A stretch of DNA of 64,000 nt from Dicyema japonicum (Eukaryota > Animalia > Dicyemida), in contig RDEW01000040.1 of NCBI GenBank assembly GCA_011109175.1, positions 423,484-487,483 on the forward strand. Reading direction: 5' to 3'. The notes below the pieces were generated by a model, which had not been told where the DNA came from, made no database searches, and was given only the letters and a program-made list of their open reading frames with translations. The position numbers were made by a program, and so were the translations under genes. Positions 14,270 to 26,399 of this stretch are shown here, one piece after another. Every line of letters starts with the position of its first letter. The first letter of the stretch is position 1.

Positions 14270-14399
14270 AACCACCGTCCACTATAGTTCACTAATATTT
14301 GAATTATAATTATTTGTTTATATAATTTAACGTTTAAGTCATAGTTATGAGTTTTTAATTATTACATAATTAATAATAAACTTATATACGACACCATTA

Positions 14400-14795
14400 T
14401 TACTCTGCGGAAACGATTATTGAGCGGTACCCACTCACTATTGAAGAACATATACATGGAGTCATGTATCTCATATGCATGCGCTTCGTAGGGGACCCTC
14501 TATCTCATATACAAATAAAAGAAAAGTGGAGGAAATGCAAAAGAGAGCGTTCAGAATTACGGAACGATGGACTCGTTGGGAACATGGATCCGGACCGACT
14601 CCTCTGGAAGTTCTTATGCAGCTAGATTCCGGGATGACTCAAGGCACCTTTGCAAACAGCCGCCCGATACGTACATATGTGGGATCGAGAAAGGAACATC
14701 GGGCAAATATAAGAACTTTATTCAAACATATCGGGATCACGTGATAGTTAGTTTCGATTTTTGACCGTATCTTGGGGTTTTTGAATTAATAAATT
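14400..14795 (+). mobile_element. Vingi-like LINE, 5'-truncated 3' end
   Basis: ORF ends KHIGIT*, followed by the conserved tail GGGATCACG...TCTTGGGGT...AATAAA. Confidence 0.75.
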
Positions 14796-14939
14796 ATTGA
14801 TTTTGCGACTCTTTTCCAACACTTCAAGTGAGCAATACCACCACGTAGGTGAGTCATTCGGCATTTTAATATAAAATTTTGATGCCATAAAAATCTTGTG
14901 ATTCCGGGGTTAATAAAATTAAATTAAGTTAATATACAC

Positions 14940-16035
14940 TGGACACCTCGCGGCAAAAATAGGATGTTATGTTCTACATAACAACAAAAAGATCCACAAT
15001 TTCTTCCCCATGGGATCTTTTCAACGAGATCCTTTTGGCTGTTTTCAAGGGAGGCGCTCATACCCTACCACGAGTCTCTTGCCCTCTCCGGAGACATCGA
15101 ACCTTACTGGGCCCTTCATAATACATAACAAATCTACAACTAAAAATTTACGGGATCTCTCAAAAATGAGATGAGCTGATGGAATTTTTATTGTCACCGC
15201 CACGTCCTACTCTTCGATTCAAGGGATACTCATCTGTTCGATTTGATTCTCATAATGGACCGAATGGAGGAGGGTTATCACACTTATTCGTGACAGTATC
15301 CCCTTCACTAACACACCCGAATAAACACGCTCCACATTTCTATCGGATGTCCATTTATAATTCATCTCGATCAACAACGTGGCTTACACAATCATCAATC
15401 TGTACATTCCCCCTCCTCCAAGTTGCTTAAAAGGATACCGACCTGACCTTTTTTGAGTAATCGTGTGCGGGGACTTTAATGCCAGGAATCCTCTATGGTC
15501 TGCCGATAAGAAGCTGGATCAACAAGGGGAATATGTCTCGTCATCCTAAATGACCTTCTACACACGCGTACAGTTTTACTACCAGAAGAATCTAACACCT
15601 CCCACGATATCTCAATTTGTTCCCCGAACAGCGCTCTCCTGACGTCATAGTCAGTGATGTATGACCTTCCTTCTTACCACAACCCGATATTATTTAAAGT
15701 CAAAAGATTCGACAAAGTCGATTCGCTAAAAAGTCCTTTATCAATTACAAGCGTGGATTGTCCAAATTTGAACAAGAAATTGAACAGTACTTTTCGGATA
15801 TTGCAGTCAAAAATTGCCGATTTCTTGAATACTCACAGCAGACCGAAAATACGTTGCTAAGGGATACATCCATGTGTAGAAACCACTTTTCACCAGAGAT
15901 CATCGACCTCATAAGAAGCTGTGTGCTATAAAGAGGAGTAGTGTGCGGGACAACATCTCAGTCTGCAGACCATCCAGCATTAACCGGACGATCTTCGCCC
16001 ACATCTTCCAAAAAAAGGTAGAGGTGGAAAAAATT
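14940..16035 (+). mobile_element. Vingi-like LINE 5' part (leader, degenerate 2A, APE)
   Basis: LALSGDIEP-[frameshift]-GP at ~15078-15114, then APE motifs GGLITLIRD, NLYIPP, VCGDFNARNPLW and DLPSYHNPI. Confidence 0.7.
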
Positions 16036-16036
16036 T

Positions 16037-17714
16037 GTCCGAGCAAATGTTAAAAGCCACCCAAAATTTTTGAATAACCTTACAAATAAAGCAATTGACT
16101 TTATTCCATTAACACATTAGTTGTTAAAAATCAAAAGAATTCATTAAAAACATTTCATTTTTAAATTGAAATTGCAATTTTAACCAAATTAAAAAATTCG
16201 AAAATTTCAGTCGAGCATATGTTGAAAGCTACCACTTTTTAATTCCTATAAATATTATTGATTCATTTTTTTATTTTACTGATTCAAATAACATAAATGC
16301 CACGTGTTTCATTGAGAAGAGAATCAAAACCATTGCGCTCTCTGAGGAAAGACATTCACAACTGATGATTTCAAAAATACGTGAAATTTCGAAATTTGGA
16401 ATCCAAAGGATTGTTAGGCGATATTAAGCATACGGAACTTATTGCGATAAGCCCAAATCAGGATGTAAAGGATAACTATCGAAGAGAAAAAACGAACAAT
16501 TGTACGTGAAGTGAAAAAAATTCTTTGAAAAAACTGCAAATCAAATTTGTAGGATCTAGATTTTGGAAATATCGTTGGGGTCGATACAATTAAAAGATGT
16601 TTACACCGAGCAGGAATGTTTGGAAGAATGCAGCAAAAAAACCTAACAGCTAAACAAATACATGATAGAAAAATCTGATGTCAAGACAAAAATCAAACAC
16701 GTGTGGACCTTGTTGAAATCAGAAGTTCGAAAAAAATCTCCAAAAACAAGGAGGAACTATGGAAAACCACATTTTTAGAATGGAATTGCATTGATTTTTT
16801 ATTCAAAATTTGTATTTGTACCAAACGGAATAAATTATGTTATTACTAACATAGGAAACGATACATATTACTAATCTCTGTTAGTTAATTTCGAAAATCT
16901 ATTTTGTGTTAAATATATTGAAAAAAATTGTAGTGGCTTTTAGCCGATTGAAATTTTCGAATTTTTAATTTGGTAAAAATTGAAAGCGTCGATAATGTCG
17001 GCGGGGACCACTTTGGATGAATGGCTGTGTTAATTAATTATTAATAAAGTTTTTATTTAAAAAAAAGATTTAAAAATGAAACGGAGTCCCTCAAGGACCT
17101 TTTTATCCCCTGCTCTGTTTAACCTTTTTCTGGCTGATCTCTCGACTCTTGAATCTGATAATGATGTTCTTTCCTATGCGGATGATATTGTGTTGGCTTA
17201 GCGAGATCAGGACATCCAGAAGGCCACAGAAAAAATACAAATTAACCTTGACAGGCTTAATGCCTGGATAATGGACAACCGGCTCGTGGTGAATGCAGAG
17301 AAGTCGTCTACGTCATTATTTACCTCTGTGGGACCGTCCATATCTTGGACAAATATGAAAAAAATTGAGGAAATGCAAAAGAGAGCTTACAGAGTGACGG
17401 AGCGTTGGATTTGTGAAGATCACCGAGCTGGACCTACGTCTCTGGAGGCCCTTATGAGATTAGACTCCAGATCACGGGAAGGTGGCCTAGAAAAATCAGG
17501 CAGCCGTCCTGTACGTTCATGCGCGGGCACGAAAGAAGATCACCGATCAAAGATGAGGTCTCTGTTAGAATGCATCGAGATCACGTGATAATTAATTTGG
17601 TCTTACCGTGGTCTTGGGTTAAATAAATAAAATAAAATAATGGAATAAATTCAATTGCTTTATTTGGAACGTTATTCAAAAATTTTGGGTGTCTTTTAAC
17701 ATTTGCTCGGACTG
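16037..17714 (+). mobile_element. Internally deleted Tc1-family transposon with long (~200 bp) inverted repeats
   Basis: 16037-16108 is the inverted repeat of 17641-17714 (CAGTCCGAGCAAATGTTAAAAG...), and the inner IR continues at 16160-16260 versus 16910-17080. Transposase remnants: MPRVS..IAL, HRAGMFGR..KKP, HVWTLLKSEV. Confidence 0.8.
17080..17640 (+). mobile_element. Vingi-like LINE fragment nested in the Tc1 right inverted repeat
   Basis: GVPQG/SYADD RT motifs, ORF end ECIEIT*, conserved 3' tail. It splits the Tc1 IR. Confidence 0.8.
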
Positions 17715-18800
17715 ATGCGTGTCCTGATAATGATGCAAAGAACTCCACTCAAAAGGCCCAGACGGAATATGCATACATCATTTAAAAAATCTTGGGCAAA
17801 ACGAACTGCGACCCTTACAGTCATCTTTCATACATCCTTGAATTCAGAATTTGCGATTATGCTCTGAAAACAATGGGCAATAATCAGGACCCACATGACT
17901 CAGGATCCTTTCGACTAATTTCCCTCCTTTGTGCTGCCTCAAATATTCTTGAGAGATACACCTAAATCTGTCCGACTCTCAGCACAGCTTCCGCATAAAG
18001 CATTCAACCTCAACCGATCTAACCAACTGACTTTATTGAGGATGGATTCAACAATCGCAAACCGCAACTCCGTGCTATTCTTGCCCTCATCGACATTACT
18101 GAGGCCCGGCAAGTTGTTTGCAACAAGATAACCGCAACGAGTATTCCAATTCATACAGAGATTGCTAAAATCATGGCAGACTGGGACGTACCTTGATTAT
18201 GTCAAAGAAATCTCGTGCCTGTTACCTCAAAAACGGAATCCCTAAAGGCTCTGCCTTCTCTCCGACTTTGTTCAATCTCCACTTGAGTAGCATACCAGAA
18301 ATGGAAGATACGCTGGTCCTATACGGATGACTTGATCCTCGCGGGTTGGGATAGAAACATTATCTCAGCCCGCGTCCAAACACACTTAGATTCTCTAGAG
18401 TCTTGGTTATTAACCAACCACCTCCCCCTCCAAGTCCGACGTCACAATATTCAAACATAAAACGGAAGCTGAAAATTTTCGGAACGCAAAAAATCATGAG
18501 ATTGATATACGATCGATACCTTACATTCTCTTCCCACATGAACCACGTGGTCCAAAAGCAAACAAGAAAATGAACGCCCCCCGCGCGGTTGCCGGGCTAA
18601 TCTTTGGACAGGACAATGAAACCCTCAGAATAATTTACAAACAATATAACAGGACCACCTAGAACTAGGTAAGGCCATCTTTGCACCTACTTGCACTAAG
18701 TTGCAACAACAAAGTGACCCTAACATTCATGGTTGATATGATCCTACCACCTAGAGAGCGACAGCTTCCGGATAGTTGGAAGACTTGTTCGATAACCTAA
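17715..18800 (+). mobile_element. Degenerate Vingi-like RT
   Basis: RLISLLCAASNILER, GFNNRKPQLR, NGIPKGSAFSPTLFN, YTDDL. Confidence 0.7.
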
Positions 18801-19255
18801 ACAAATGAATAGAGTCAATTTCATTGTCCATAGTCGCAGAGAACTTTAGAATAGAAGGCTGACAATTTTTTCTCATTTCTTATTATTATTAATGAAAAAA
18901 ATGGAAAATTTTGGAAATCACTTTCAACTATCTTATGACTTTTAGAAAACATGTAGACAATGTTATCTCCCAATCACCAAGTATATGACGACTATTGAGA
19001 GAGTCCAGGAGATGATTCTTTCTCTTTAAATAAATCTACAAAGCATAAATGAAACATTTTATGGAATAAAACAAGTCACCAACTCTACCATCATAAATCA
19101 ACAGGTAGGTTATTTCTTGTCAATGAAAGAGGCAAATCTTTTCGAATGTGGTATTAATAAGTATTTTTGACCCCACGTGGGAATACGGTTAGTTCACTGG
19201 CCACTTCTATATTAAATTAATAATAGAATAATTTAGGACACAACAATTATTATTA

Positions 19256-19614
19256 CAGGGTTTTTTCTATTTATTTAATAACTTTGTCATAAAATTTAAT
19301 AACTTTGTCAAAATGTTTAATAACTCTGTCAAGGGTCAAATTAAAAAAATCAATTTTATAATTAATTGAAAAAAAACAATTGTAAATTAAAATTCTTCAT
19401 TAGCCAATGCTTTAACTAAATAGCTCCTCATGTGGCTATGCAAATTATTGCACACATCTGATGGAATTTCTCCGATGATTTGGATTGCGTTTATTAATTC
19501 CTCAGAGTTCCTACAATTTTTATTTTTGATGTTATTTTTCCAAACAGAAAAAAACTCTTCAATCGGATTAATTGAATTTTATGACAAAGTTATTAAATAA
19601 ATAGGAAAACCCTG
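19256..19614 (-). mobile_element. Tc1/mariner-derived MITE (359 bp)
   Basis: ~40-bp TIRs CAGGGTTTTYYCTATTTATTTAATAACTTTGTCATAAAATT flanked by TA on both sides. Internal remnant WKNNIK..NSEELINAI resembles a transposase C-terminus. Confidence 0.85.
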
Positions 19615-19649
19615 TATTATTTACCAATTAAAAAGTCAATAATTTTCAC

Positions 19650-22600
19650 TATTTAATATTGTGTTATCAAGACTATACAACCAGTTTATAAATTCCCATA
19701 CAATACTAAACATATGAAAGAACTCATTGATTACTCCAATCCCTAGTCTGCTTTCAGAGGAGACGACGGTGAAAAATGGCCAGGCTTTTCTACGATTTTG
19801 CAAGGAACTGGGAAACCCATTCAAAAAAAAGGTGGCCCATGCAGCTAGTCTGCTTTCAGAGGAGACGACGGTGAAAAATGGCCAGGGTTTCCTACGATTT
19901 TGCAAGGAACTGGGAAACCCATTCAAAAAAAAGGTGGCCCATGCAGAGGAATTTCGGTCGGTTATAAGAAATTGCACGCCGATTGAATTCCTATGCAGAA
20001 GGAAGAGAAGGCGCTTCCGGAATGCGGTTGGGTCATCAGAAGACCAGACGAAGAGAGGTCGGATGTTGTTGGAGGCTGGGATCACCTAATTAGTAAATTT
20101 TGACCTATCTTTCTTGGTGGTCTTGGAGTTAAGTAAATAAAAATTACTCTAATCCTCAAACCTGGAAAATCAAAAGACATTCCATCCTCTTACCACCCTG
20201 TCTCCAAAACTCGGCCTTGTCAAAAGTGTTGAAGAAGCTTGTACTAATCTCCCCTGCCCTATAATTTCTTGATTTTCAACACGGCTTCAGATCAAGCCGT
20301 TCTACAACGACGCATTTGAAATCTGTCTCCCAAATNATCCAGTCAAGAGCAAAAAAGTTACTAGAAAAATATACAGATAAAGAAATTGCCCCCAGAGCGC
20401 TCGAGTCTATCATAGAGGCAACTGGAGGCAATTTCAGAAGAGAAAAGGAAAAAGACCCCCGTCCGTATAGAAAATGCGTGGGATCACAGTCGGAGCATCG
20501 AGAAAAAATGGCCCGATTATTGAGAGATGCCGGGATCACCTGAATATTAGTTATTGGTTAAGACGGTGTTTCTTTGGCTTAAATAATAATAATAATAAAG
20601 ACTATACAACCAGTTTATAAATTCCCATACAATACCAAACATATGAAAGAACTCATTGATTACTCCAATCCCTAGTCTGCTTTCAGAGGAGACGACGGTG
20701 AAAAATGGCCAGGGTTTCCTACGATTTTGCAAGGAACTGGGAAACCCATTCAAAAAAAAGGTGGCCCATGCAGAAACATATGAAAGAACTCATTGATTAC
20801 TCCAATCCCTAGTCTGCTTTCAGAGGAGACGACGGTGAAAAATGGCCAGGGTTTCCTACGATTTTGCAAGGAACTGGGAAACCCATTCAAAAAAAAGGTG
20901 GCCCATGCAGAGGAATTTCGGTCGGTTATAAGAAATTGCACGCCGATTGAATTCCTATGCAGAAGGAAGAGAAGGCGCTTCCGGAATGCGGTTGGGTCAT
21001 CAGAAGACAAGACGAAGAGAGGTCGGATGTTGTTGGAGGCTGGGATCACTTAATTAGTAAATTTTGACCTATCTTTCTTGGTGGTCTTGGAGTTAAGTAA
21101 ATAAAAATTACTCTAATCCTCAAACCTGGAAAATCAAAAGACATTCCATCCTCTTACCACCCTGTCTCCAAAACTTGGCCTTGTCAAAAGTGTTGAAGAA
21201 GCTTGTACTAATCTCCCCTGCCCTATAATTTCTTGATTTTCAACACGGCTNGACCTATCTTTCTTGGTGGTCTTGGAGTTAAGTAAATAAAAATTACTCT
21301 AATCCTCAAACCTGGAAAATCAAAAGACATTCCATCCTCTTACCGCCCTGTCTCCAAAACTTGGCCTTGTCAAAAGTGTTGAAGAAGCTTTTACTAATTT
21401 CCCCTGCCCTATAATTTCTTGATTTTCAACACGGCTTCAGATCAAGCCGTTCTACAACGACGCATTTGGAATCTGTCTCCCAAATCATCACAGACGGCTT
21501 CAACATGAGGACACACTTACAGACGGTTCTGGTGTCTATAGATATACAGAAAGTTTTCGACTCGGTTTCGAGGACTCTTCTAACACAGAAGATCTTTAAC
21601 TCAAATTTACACCCGAGCATCATGCTATGGCTGGAAAATTTCTTAAATGGACGACGTAGAAGAGTCCGGATTGGAAAAATTACTTCAATATCAAGACCCC
21701 CCCCTAATGTGGTCCCACAAGGCTCTTTTCTGTCTCCTCTCTTATTTAACTTATTTCTACACGATTTACCTACTATCAATGATCAGGACACTATGTTTTT
21801 ATCTTACGCGGACAACATGATTATCGCTGCAAGGGACAAATCTCCCTCCAGGGCTGTGGCGTTGTTCAGTCACACCTCAACCAGGTGTGTGACTGGCTAT
21901 CCATGAATTTGCTGTCTGTGTCTGCATTCAAGTCTCAGTTCACGCTATTTACTACGGACAGAAGATTTAAAGGTGGACTTGAAATATTTCTCGGAAACAT
22001 TCCCATCCCTTATACGCGAATCCAGAAGATCCTTGGAGTAACTTTCGACTCTCTTATGACGTTTGCCAGTCACACAGAGGAAGTGTTAACCAAGGGTCTT
22101 CGAAAATGGAACATCCTGAAAGCCATCATAAAGAAGAGCCCCTTTCCTCCTACTGCTAGTATCATCAAAGTATATCTTCAAGCTATTGCGCGAAATATAT
22201 CTCCCGATGCCTGTTCTGCCTGGAGATTCGCTATTCCTTCTACGAGGATGGAGCGTATTAACTCTCTCAGACGGAAGATCATGAGGCATATTCANCCCTT
22301 ATACGCGAATCCAGAAGATCCTTGGAGTAACTTTCGACTCTCTTATGACGTTTTCCAGTCACACAGAGGAAGTTAACCAAGGGTCTTCGAAAATGGAACA
22401 TCCTGAAAGCCATCATAAAGAAGAGCCCCTTTCCTCCTACTGCTAGTATCAGCAAAGTATATCTTCAAGCTATTGCGCGAAATATATCTCCCGATGCCTG
22501 TTCTGCCTGGAGATTCGCTATTCCTTCTACGAGGATGGAGCGTATTAACTCTCTCAGACGGAAGATCATGAGGCATATTCAATCAGACTCCACATAAGAA

Positions 22601-22790
22601 GACACTTCAGAAACGCTGTTGGTTCACTGGCGAAGCATTCGAAGAGATTTCGAGAGATGTTAGAGGCTGAAGTCACTTAATTTAGGGAGTTAATTCTTTC
22701 TTTGTGGTTTTAAAATAATAATCGGGATCACGTGATAGTTAGTTTCGATTTTTGACGTGGTCTTGGGGTGTTTAAATAAATTAGTAACTA
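19650..22790 (+). mobile_element. Cluster of Vingi-like LINE fragments and internally deleted derivatives, with local duplications and three N bases
   Basis: Repeated ORF ends LEAGIT*/RDAGIT*, RT motifs (QKVFDSVSR, VVPQGSFLSP, SYADN), repeated tails. Ns at 20336, 21251 and 22295. Confidence 0.8.
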
Positions 22791-22976
22791 GCACCGTCAA
22801 GAGGTCTAATGGAATCCCGCTACTGTACTTCCCAGCTGAAGGTTCTACCCATCTACGATGCTTTGGCTTGACGAGTGACGCCGTCATCAGTTAACATCTC
22901 ACTGCTGAATCGGACCGTCTACAAAAGGACATTGTCTTACAAGAAAACAAACAAAAAGTCTTTAATCAAACCCAGA

Positions 22977-23949
22977 CTACTCAACATCCATATAAGGGGG
23001 AGGATCATAACTTCTCGATGAGTGCATTACTGCTGGAAAAGGACCATCCTCAGATTGACCTACCTGACTCAACTAGTAGTAAATATTAATAACAAACTAT
23101 TTCCTTAAGGTCACTGGATTTTACAATCTCAAACTTTCTGTCAGGTCCAATAACTCCTAGAGAAATATTCTATGATAAGTGAATTATAACCTCTTCATTG
23201 AGGAGATAGGGTACACAATAAGTTAAAGATTTAACTACAGTTGTCTTCAATGAGCTAGAATCGGCTATAATAAATATAAAGCTAACACTGCTGAATAGAG
23301 TCCAAATTATTCTCAAAGTATGTGGTAGCAGATTGTGATCTGTCGCCGATGGAAATGGCCTTACAACTATCAAAGGTGTCTGAGGGTGATATCGAGTATA
23401 ATTGAGGTCCATTCTCCTTAAATATTCAAAAACAAAATAACATCATATCCAGCAATAACAATTCCAACTCCGAATGGTCTCTCCCCATAATTCTGTGTGT
23501 GAGGTTGCATTTCTAAGTATTACTGAATTAATTAACTCAGAACGATAGCATTCACTATTTGGCTTATAGGCATGTCAACTCCAAACTTCCATTTATAAGA
23601 TGTGCATTGCTCCTTCATAAAGTCACTTTGTATTAACAATCACACTTTACATTAAACGTCTTCCATCAGACATTAATCCAGACATTGTAACTCCCACGTG
23701 GTCAACAACTCTGAATACTTTTTGAGGGTAGTGTGAAAGTGGATTAGTACGTTTCTTTAATAAAAGTCATTTATACTCTGAATCCGACAATAACGACATG
23801 TGTTTCTGATTTTGCACCACCAGATACTGAGCCTTGTTTGACAGACTCCATGGCATATTCTATTTGGTGAATTCTCCCATGAGAACTCCAAATACTTACA
23901 TCACTGTCGTATCTTTTGTTAAACTAACAATTAAAATAGTAATAACCAT
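22977..23949 (-). CDS. PSMA1: Proteasome subunit alpha type-1 (261 aa, 9 exons); missed by the ORF track
   Basis: Splicing eight GT-AG introns (23,22,25,24,25,22,21,25 nt) gives an uninterrupted 786-nt CDS: M|[32 protein letters not shown]...[19 protein letters not shown]...[13 protein letters not shown]...PYMDVE*. Confidence 0.95.
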
Positions 23950-24048
23950 GCACACAATTATGAGAAACAACGTTTAATAAATTTAAATTTAATATATAAT
24001 TAATCATCAATAAACTAACTAAAGTTAAGGTTTCTACGATGCTTTTTG

Positions 24049-24510
24049 CTCTCAAAAATATTTAGAGATCAAACTGGGATCCTTTCCACGATATACAAAC
24101 AATTCATCCGACCAACGTTGACGTATGCAAGTCCTTCATGGGCAATGCAAATGTCACGATCTTCCACATTGAAGTTATCTGCAATCGAGGAGACTGCAAT
24201 GAGGTTAATTGGACCAGATCACAACATCCAACCTATTGAAAATTTTTTAATTGAAATACAACGAAAACTATTAAAGGAGGCTGTTCTACCGAGCTGCCCT
24301 CTATTCCAAATACTATCGAATTATCTACAATCATACAGAAATTGTGAGCCGATGCCATGTCCTATGAGAAGAGCTGTTCAGGATTCTCGACCCCGCCGGA
24401 CTCGTCCTCACCTCTGTCGGTCTGGGATCACTTAGTTAGATGAGAACTTTTATTTCTTTCTCTTTGACCCAGTGATCCTGGGGGTAATAATAAGGATAAT
24501 AATAATAATA
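24049..24510 (+). mobile_element. 5'-truncated Vingi-like LINE with 10-bp target-site duplication
   Basis: ATGCTTTTTG at 24039-24048 and 24511-24520, (TAA)n tail. Near-identical to the 3' end of the copy at 51021-54056. Confidence 0.9.
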
Positions 24511-24559
24511 ATGCTTTTTGGATTTACTATTTGGGGTCATTAACAAATCGTGATTTATC

Positions 24560-25960
24560 ACGGCTAAACCGAATGTTCTCCAGTAACTCTCGATGAAGAC
24601 TTATTGTAAGCTATCGAAAATCATGCCAGACCATTTCAAGAAACTATTTACATCGAGTGGCGTTGGGATTACCTCATTAATTCCTGAAAGGCAAGATCTT
24701 GGGGCGACAATAACCCATCAAGAAGTTCAACTGGTATGTATACGACTTAAGAATGACAAGAGTCCTGGTCCATATGGGCTCTACTTTTTAAATATGGAAT
24801 GTATAAATATTGACCGAATTCTGAACTACATGGTTAGATATAAGAAGACGCTTCCACTGGGACAGAGATTTCTGATTCCTGCTCAGAAACCCCATAAAAA
24901 ACCTTAATCAAACACTTTGGACCAATTATTCTAATGAATACAACAAGGAAGGTGCTGATCAGCATTGTCCTGCTTAAGATCGAGGCGAAAACTAAAGAAT
25001 ATCCATCAGCATACCACAGTGCCTTCGATTCTGTCAGTTGAACGAAACTCAATGAAGCAATTCAAAGTTTCCTGGACCCATCCACTAACAAACTGATAAA
25101 AATTTTCCTATCAGATCTGGGTCAAAGTCGGAAGAGTGTTTTCAAAACTACTACGGGGACCCCACAAGACCCCATATCTTTAATATTATATGTAATTTAT
25201 CTGGAATGAGCACTCAAGGGAGAATAAACATTGTAGCTTATGCAAACGATGTGGACTTTGTCTCGGAAGACAAGGAAGTACTCACCAAATTAATGAGGGT
25301 GAAATAGGAAAGATTGTCTGAATATGGACATAACGGAGGTGATCAAACTCAAAAGAGAGGAATCAAAGACTAATGAAATTTGGCGCAAGACCAAGAAGTT
25401 AAGGATCTTCCAAGGACATCAGGAAGACACTGTGAGGAGAAAGATGATTGAAAAAACTGAAGAAAACACGGTTTATAAAAAAAGGGCTGGATACGAAAAT
25501 GGACTACACTTGTAAAACACATCAGTCAAGCCTGTGCTGCTTTACAACGCGAGCACTTTGGCCTGTTTATATACTGACTCAATAAGTTGGACTCTATCCA
25601 TCGAACGCAATTAAGGCAAACAATGTTGTACCGAGGGCCTTCCAGAATATCGAACAGAACTATTTGCATTTTCATCATGAAAAAATCATCCGGTTATTCA
25701 CACAATAAAATTTATAAATTGAATTCCGACAACTCTTGTGAATTGCGAACTCCTGCCCATAGTAGTGAGATTCTGATGGTAGGAGGATGATTCGGTAATC
25801 ACTATGTAAGTCATCTATCGACACTTGACTTTCGTCTCTTGAAAGCATCAAATAGTGACACTGTAAGTATTCAGCTCCTGTCATAAGATTATTCGTTTGG
25901 AAATATCATTCAAGCCTGACATTAAATTATACAACGGTAAAATCCTCTGATAGTCTCATA
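24560..25960 (+). mobile_element. Degenerate RTE family-1 RT (plus) abutting an inverted RTE APE fragment (minus, ~25720-25960)
   Basis: KNDKSPGP, IILMNTTRKVL, AYANDVDFVSED, KPVLLYNA on plus; ELNTYSVTI*CFQETK on minus. Confidence 0.7.
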
Positions 25961-26399
25961 TGTGATTGAGACTTGGTACTATTGAGTTTCGTCACTGACT
26001 CAAACAAAATATGTTATGCTGTTATAAGTATTTAAATATACTTAATTATGCCTCATCTCAACTTTGTACACTAGAAGAGGTCCACGGCATGCTATTCCAC
26101 GTTATCGATTGCTCAAGTTTTTTCTTTTTGTGAAAAAAAATTTTTTAATATACCCATAAGGAGTGCAACTGGACTAGAGAGACACCGTAAAAGACATTGA
26201 AGCCAATAGAAAAGGTCATATTTTGTCTTCAAAAAATTCGCTTGAATATTAAGACTTACATTCCGAAGACGTTGAAACCAAAGGGAAAGGATCTATTATG
26301 TCTTTAAAGAGACTTTTTTTTTATGTTTTTATTAGAATAATTGCTCTTTCCTATGGAAAGCATTGAAATCAGAGGATAACCTTTTTTATTTTCAAAAAT

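Noticed and set aside
14267-14275. ORF-track start at 14275 for CNOT1
   Set aside because: That codon is GTG; the first ATG is at 14269.
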